64,000 nt of DNA from contig OZ038378.1 in assembly GCA_964036045.1 (NCBI GenBank), forward strand, positions 200,322,001-200,386,000, read 5' to 3'. The notes under the pieces are model-generated. The model saw only the letters and a program-made list of their open reading frames with translations, was not told the origin of the DNA and searched no databases. This document shows positions 57,305 to 64,000 of the stretch, in pieces; positions within the stretch are counted from its first letter, which is position 1, and the number at the start of each line of letters is the position of its first letter. A program made the position numbers and the translations under genes. The DNA comes from Eutreptiella sp. 'Long Island Sound 2002' (taxonomy: Eukaryota; Protista; Euglenida).

Positions 57305-60300
57305 GACTCTGCAGGCCAGAGTGCAAAGCAAATTGCCAACTTGGTCACACAAACCGCCGTGCACTTTGTGTCCAGGAAAAATTGGGCATTTTCTGGAGCC
57401 ACGATTTGGAGGGCTGCCAAATTATCCCCCACAATGTTAACGACTAGCCACCGCACTGATTTTGTTGAATTTGAAGGAGGTCGAAGACAGCCACTGAGGC
57501 CCCGGATGACATGGACCCAGGTTGAGGCCACAAGCAGGTTCACCCCCCGGTGTCAGCTACCACACAACAACCAACCCACAAATGAAAGCAGCCCCCCGTG
57601 GGGTATGGGAACAAAATGAAACAGCCAATTGTGTCCAACGCACACACACTGCACTGAAGCTTGGGGTATTGTCCATCACTGAGGGCTGACCAAAGTCAAT
57701 GTTTTCCCCTACTTACCTGAGGCACAACATAGGCCACGGTGTAGGAGTATTTGTGCTGTGCGCACACCGCGCGCTACTTTTGCGGCAAGTACATCCGGAC
57801 CGGACTGATTTCTACCCCTTCCCAAAATGGCCCAAAATGGAGAGCGAAACCTGTTGGCCACGGGAATTGCATTAACATCTTTTTTGCGTGTGTGTACCGG
57901 TGCTAGGCGTGTGCAGCAGCCCCCCAAAAAGCCACATTCACAAAGCACTTGGACAGCAGGTCCACAGAACAATGTACAGTCTCCATCTTGTGACCTGCAG
58001 CTTCACACGGGTCAGGTGTGTCCCCAAGGGGGGACACCACAGGGGGCAAGACTTGGTCGTAGACCATCCCATGTCTGTAGCAGCTACTACCATGATCCTG
58101 GTTGGAAAACCGGGGAAGTCAGGTCTTGTTGTCATGTGGTCATGTGTGTTAGTCAATTTCCTACATTCACACACCCATGCAGTTGGTTGCATACTACACT
58201 AGTATGTAGAGAAATAAGCAGTCAAACAGTCGTTGCAGGCAGAGGCCTAGCCACAAGACGATCTACAACTTCTTGGTCGGGCCAAACGGGTAAATCTCCA
58301 CGCCGCTTGCGCCGCGTCACGTGCTTCCCCTTAGAGCCTGACAGTCTTCCGGGGGGGGGGGGGGGTCGCCGAGCGATAATCTCCCAAGGGGGGGGGGATT
58401 GCAAGAGTACTTCAAGGCAAAGTGTGGCACCCTCCACTGATGCCGTTTTTTTGTGTTCCGGTGCTAGCCGTGTGCAGCAGCCCCGAAGAGGAGTTGAAGT
58501 TACGAGCGCGCATGGACAATGGGTTGAAAAACCCATTGAAAAAACCATGTCATACTACTTCCTTGCAGTCGGAGTCAGATGTCTATCCATCTAGCATCTA
58601 CTTGGGGGTGCAAAATTACCCTTTTTTGGGTAACTTAAAGGGTGGTTTGGGGGCACCACGAACACCTCCTTTTTTGTAACAAAATCTCAGGAATGTACAC
58701 GGACCCAAAATTGGATTTTATGCTTCACAGCATCCCTTCTAAAACTGCATCCACGTTGCAAACTCGTTTTACTGCGGATAGTAGGACTCGTCTGTAGACG
58801 GTGGAAAACACGAATGTGGGACAAAATGGTAACCTAAAAAGGCGTTGTTCCAAGGCACAGGCACACAACCCGGTACGTTGACCTGTTCGGAAACAATAGA
58901 AGACATTTCAGATTTTTTTTTTGAACCAAGCATATTTGGAATGCTCCAACCTGTAGCTTTCACCAGAACCTTTTTTTGGTCTAATTGGTCACAATGCCTC
59001 ACAGATCCAGGCCCTCCAAGTGTGCTCGACTATCCGCCCCCCTTCACACAGGCACACAGACGCAGAAACGGCAAGAGAGGTAGAAGATGACATCTGGAAG
59101 TGATTCGTTGTACATGGCATATGACCATTGTGTAGGCTGAACTTATAACATACATTTTCATTCGAATCGCGAGGTGCAACAGTCCTACATCCTACATCAT
59201 CACATGTATACATATATATGTGTATTAGTCAGAGTCAGAGTCAACCTCCTTAGCTTAGTGGGACCCACTAGCTTGGGTCCTTGGAGGGACAATCAGGAGG
59301 ATGAGCTCCCCTTGACCGGCTGGGCTTCCATCCAGCAAGGGGAAGGGCTTCATCCACGCCTTGGGGCGGTGCCCCGTGCCCCGCACGTGGTCCAGCAGCG
59401 TGCGGGCGACGTCAAAATTCTAAGGGGGAGGGCCCCCTTTGGCCTCTCCCCTCCCTCCCCCACCCCTGCCCCCATGGTCCCATTCCAGGAAGTGTAGGGG
59501 CTGGGGCACAAGCCCCCTTCCTCTTCTTCCGGGACCCCCCCCCCCCCATGTGCCCTCTTCCTCTTCCCCTTCACCCCTGTAGAGGACACAGGGGCGTCGG
59601 GGTCTGACTTAGACTCGATATCGGACTGAGTCTGGGGGGGGGGGGGGGGGGGCGAGTCGCGAGTTGGTGGAGAACCACCATCAGAACCATGTTCCCTGTG
59701 AGGGGGGCAAAGGGCACTGGCCCTTTGCCCCCCCCCCCCCACAAGGACAGGAGCGGTCACTCGGGTGGTGTGCCCTCTGGGCCCCCCCGTTTACGCGGGC
59801 AGTAGCACCGCCACCCGGGCCCTGAGCCCGGGCAGGCTCCAGGGCAGGGCAGCGCTCAGCGTGCCCTGGAGCCCCTCCTCCTGCCGTCCCTTAGCGCCGT
59901 GGGCGGATGGTCCAGTCCAAGACAGCACCACCTGTGCCTCAGGCAGTCATGGGGTGTGGACTCCCTAGTCGTGCGCCCAGGGAGCGCGCCCCCGTGCCTC
60001 ATGCAGTCGTGGAGCCGCTGGCAGCATGTCAGTGACCAGGAGGCGGCGTGTCCAGACCGAATACTCCCCCGGCGGGCTCAGCGTCAGGCTCCCATGGCCT
60101 TCCTGCCGGGGCCTGGAGCACCAGGCAACACACTACCCCCCACACGCGTCCCGCCCCCCCCCCCCCCCACACGCGCCTCCACCTCTAGCAGCCAAGGCCC
60201 GGTGGTGGCGGACCCTGGTACACACCAGACGACCTCACAGGGCCAGGCGCGGCACAGCCGTGTGACCCGTCAAGCCCCGCAAGCACCACTAGCATGCACG

Positions 60301-60706
60301 CCCCGCCCTCCCGCCCTGCGCGCGCCACACAAACAGGCACGGCGGCATCTCCCTCCCGTGTGTGCCACCACGGGGTACGGGGGCGGTCAACAGTCCGGCA
60401 GGCCTTGGGACCGGACAACCGCGATTCGCCTAGCCCCGTCGTGTCGGCACAAAGGCGAATGCAGACCGTGGGCCTGGGCGTCCGGCACAGGCCTTGACCC
60501 AAACCAAACCAAACCCCCCCCCCCCCACAGGTGGCAGCTCCTCTGCCACCTCCGCGATTTCCCTCAAAACAGTGGGCGTCCACCCAGTGCGCCGATGCTT
60601 CATGTTCCCAGGTACCTTGACCCAGGATGCACAAGCATCAAACATTGCCCTACACTCCCTTCCTAGCATGGCAAATCTGCTGAGGGGGGGGGGGGTGCCC
60701 CCATTC

Positions 60707-61426
60707 TCAGGTGGGGTGTTCGAGGTACCACAACACCACCCGCACTGCAATATACATACAATTTGTTTTATTGCAGTGCGGGGGGCCTGTGTGCAGGCCC
60801 ACCCGAACACCCCCGGCGCGAAGTTCCGCGCCAACTGACTTGGAGGCATTAGTGCCTGCAAGGTCAAAAATTTCAACCCCCCCAGCATGCACGGCCGCAA
60901 CCGGGCCGTGCAGCTGCTCTCCCCCCCCACCAGTCATGTCCCATTTCCCAAAAGGTGGCAGGGTGGAGGCAGGCATTTTGGGCAGGGGGGACTTGAGGAA
61001 ATGGCGCTTTCTGGCTTCCCCCCATGGGGCACGCATCTGCGCCAGCAACCCCTCTGCCTTTTTGTTGTGGGCAGTGGCAGCGTCCCTCAGCTTGCGCTCC
61101 TTCTCCTTAAGACCAGCCTCCCCCTGCCTCTTCCCCCCGCACGATTCCCTAACCTTAACCTCTGCGGCCTTAAATTTCCTCAACTCATCCTCAAACCTCG
61201 CCCTAAGTGCCCTTACCTCCTCAGCCGGCTTCCTGAACTGGGTTACCACCCAGTCGCGCACCTTGGGGGTTTCCCCCAAAAAACTGCAAACCCCCACACC
61301 ATTTTCCCGAATGGCCTGCTCCAGCAGGGCCATCGGGAAGGCGGGGGGGGAGGACCCCAAATTTTTCAACCCTCCCCAGGGTTGGCTTACTGGTGATGGC
61401 AGCCTTGGTCTACCAGGCCACCTCAA
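60707..61426 (-). other. Unassigned ORF (239 aa) with coiled-coil segment, possibly TE-derived
   Basis: AEEVRALRARFEDELRKFKAAEVKVRE...LKEKERKLRDAATAHNKKAE; no splice model or family recognised. Confidence 0.3.
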
Positions 61427-62254
61427 GGCTGGGGCTGAACGTGGCCTGGACTGCCACCGAGTCTCTGCTCTTCTTGGTGCAGAGGTGCAGGTAGTGCTGC
61501 ACTTGCACCGCTGCCACGGCCACGCCCACCACTGCCGCCACCAATGCTTCTGGAGCTCCTGCTTCTTCTGCCGCGGCCTCCTGTGGAACAGCGGCTTCTC
61601 CTGCTACTTCTTCTTCCACTGCTGCCCATGCTGCCTCTTCTGCAGCTGCTGGTGCTGCTTGGGGGGCGGGGGGTGCCCATAGGGGGGCCGACCCCGACGG
61701 CGATGGGGATGAAGAGGGGGACTAGGAGGCGGCCAGAAGGCGGCTGGAAGAAATTGTTGGCCCGAGTTGGAGCGCGCAGCCATGGCAGCAGAGATAGCAG
61801 ACATTTAGGAAAGTGGTCTTACCAAAATAGTGCATCCTTGGGGGGGGGGGGGGGGGGCTACAGGGATTGAGGCAAAGACACACACTTACCTTGTGGCTGG
61901 GGGTGTGGACTGTTCACCCTTGGCTTGCAACCAGGAGTCCATAACTCACAGTTTTGCCCGTTTTGGTGCAGAGTGGTTTGGCTTTGGGGCGGGGGCCAAA
62001 GAAAACTCTATACCCCACAGGGGGCCATGGGGGTGATATGTTGGCTGCAGGTCTGTCCTAAATACCCCGCCCTCGGGGAGGGGGTCACCACTTATTCCCA
62101 AACCCCCGAGGAGGCCTGGTCCCATACCCGCCACCCCTGAGTCTCCCCCATCACCTCAGTGACAAGCGTGCCACTGACAGTGGCTTTCAGCGCACTATGG
62201 CTGGTGGCGTGGGGTGCTTCACAGAAGGCGTCATTGATGATGACCCTTAACACG

Positions 62255-62989
62255 TCAAAGGGGATGTGTATAAAAGAGAGGGGGGGGGAACTGAACATTA
62301 CATGTGATAACTTTTTTACTACGCTTTTTGACCTTCGCATCTTTAAACCAAGACAACACATCACTCTGCGTCCACTTCAGCCCACGAATTATTGGCTCAG
62401 GGTGGGTTGAAAGTACAGACTTGAGGAGTTTATAATGGTCACGGAGACGTTCATCTGCCTCTTCGGCAAACGTGTGCCCTGTGTTATATTTGGGGTCAGG
62501 GCCAACTATACAAAGATTCCTATACGGAATGCCGTAACTTGTTTCGTGCTTGGAGGGAGTTGTCTTGCCAACGGCTTCCGTGGTGGTTAAAACCGGGATC
62601 TCAAACTTTTTATGCATGAGCATTGCCAACAACGTATCTTTCGGTGAAATGGCATACTGCTTAGGTGTGACTGTATCTAGAAAAACCCTTAACATTCGGG
62701 GCTCAATTGTCTCAGATGGCTTTTGCCTCAGACATAGTGCCGCCAAGGCATGTTGAAGACGGGACTGCATGTCCCCGGGTTCAGGTAATTCCACATTGAC
62801 AACGTCAGCATCAATCATCTCTGCCTCAAACTCCAAACTTCCTCTGTCTTGGGGGCCCGAAGAGGATGCACTGCCATGGCTGGCGTTGGACATGTCTATT
62901 GCGAATGCCGGAGCACAAAGTGCAATGTCACACAAGAGCACAAGGTGCAGAGAGGCGCAACCAACAAAATGGACACAGATCCTGTTCAC
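62255..62989 (-). other. Unassigned ORF (244 aa; likely start MSNASHG at 62893)
   Basis: Complex, protein-like composition over about 200 aa; family not recognised. Confidence 0.4.
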
Positions 62990-64000
62990 AAATATTTGTA
63001 AGTACTGGGATTGGCACGCAAAGCATGTGGAAGCAAAGAAAACCCCTGAATGCCTCCTCCTTGAGCCGGGGAGTAGCTCCAGGCAGGGATCTTCAGTTGT
63101 CTTACCGGAATTGGCCTAGTGTTATCTGACATAGGAAATGGAGATCCACGGAGTGTGCATTTGACAGTGGACACATGGCACACATCTTGTTCACAAATAT
63201 TGTTCATGGACCACCTTGCATGCAAAGCAAGCACCAAGCATCCAACTAAAGTTCCAATAGGTTCAAGTTCCACAGATGCCACCAAAATTTATTCCGAGCG
63301 TTCCATGGAACCTCGGCTTGAAGGTCCCTAGAACATTCCAAGCGATATTGGTTGCGTTTTGGGGCTCGAGCTGGCTGCTAAAACTTCCAAGCGGTTTTCT
63401 GGGGGTCGTACCCAGCCGTATCTAAAATGGGGGAAGCTACCCCACCGAAGCATATCGCACGCACCTCGCCGGGTATCCCCCAAAACTGCCCCCGGTGATG
63501 GAAGAATATTGCTGTCTCTTGCAATGTTCTATGCTAGGCACCGGTGGTACATGTGTTGGCATTGTATGAGGTGACTGCAGAGCGGGAGGACCGCGGGTCT
63601 ACAACATGCTAAAAGCAGCAGTGCAACTGCATAGGTTGTCTGGCATATGTTACCAATGGTGGCTAGAAAAGCAGGGACACGGTCAAGGCACCTTACCACA
63701 TTTGCCCATGTTGACCACATATTGGCCCGTCGTGACATGGCTTTGCCGGTCAAATGCCGTGGTGCCTGCATGTGTGGTGGATGGGATATCGACAGACAAT
63801 TCCAGGGCGGTGAACATTTCTCACACGAAGGCAGCTATGGCATTAGGCGTGGCTAGGTACTCGACAATCAAGAAGGCTGGTTCGAAATCGTCAAAAACGG
63901 TACGAGCGGTCCTGGGCTCCCCTAGGTAGGTTACGTAATTTGCCGCGACGAAGTCCGTGTTGGACATCAATGAAGCGAGGCATTTGTGGATGAGATCGAT

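Overview
Eukaryotic, repeat-rich genomic DNA with long GT-AG introns; a euglenid-like protist is plausible from repeat style and gene structure, but this is inference only. Host genes: a multi-exon coiled-coil protein (minus strand, 20774 to at least ~7150), an endosulfine/ARPP19 homolog (24331-25027) head-to-head with a putative 3-exon gene, a 2-exon Pro/Ala-rich protein (52647-47682), and an intronless AN1 zinc-finger/ubiquitin-like protein (57304-56354). Five short TIR elements with 8-bp target-site duplications (hAT-type MITEs, four TIR families) and several microsatellites are present. The main feature is a young, complete 11.4-kb Ty3/Gypsy chromodomain LTR retrotransposon (32796-44157; LTRs about 99.7% identical, TSD CTACT, non-canonical AG...CT ends). 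Its pol carries an extra domain between protease and RT whose motifs match DIRS/phage Dam-like N6-adenine DNA methyltransferases (ELFAS ... YGNPRF ... MVLCSPDRG ... EYW). gag and pol are in the same frame, separated by UGA-CGG (a known readthrough context). The RT motif is HIDD, and the LTRs are almost free of CpG. All domain calls are by motif recognition; no database search was run.
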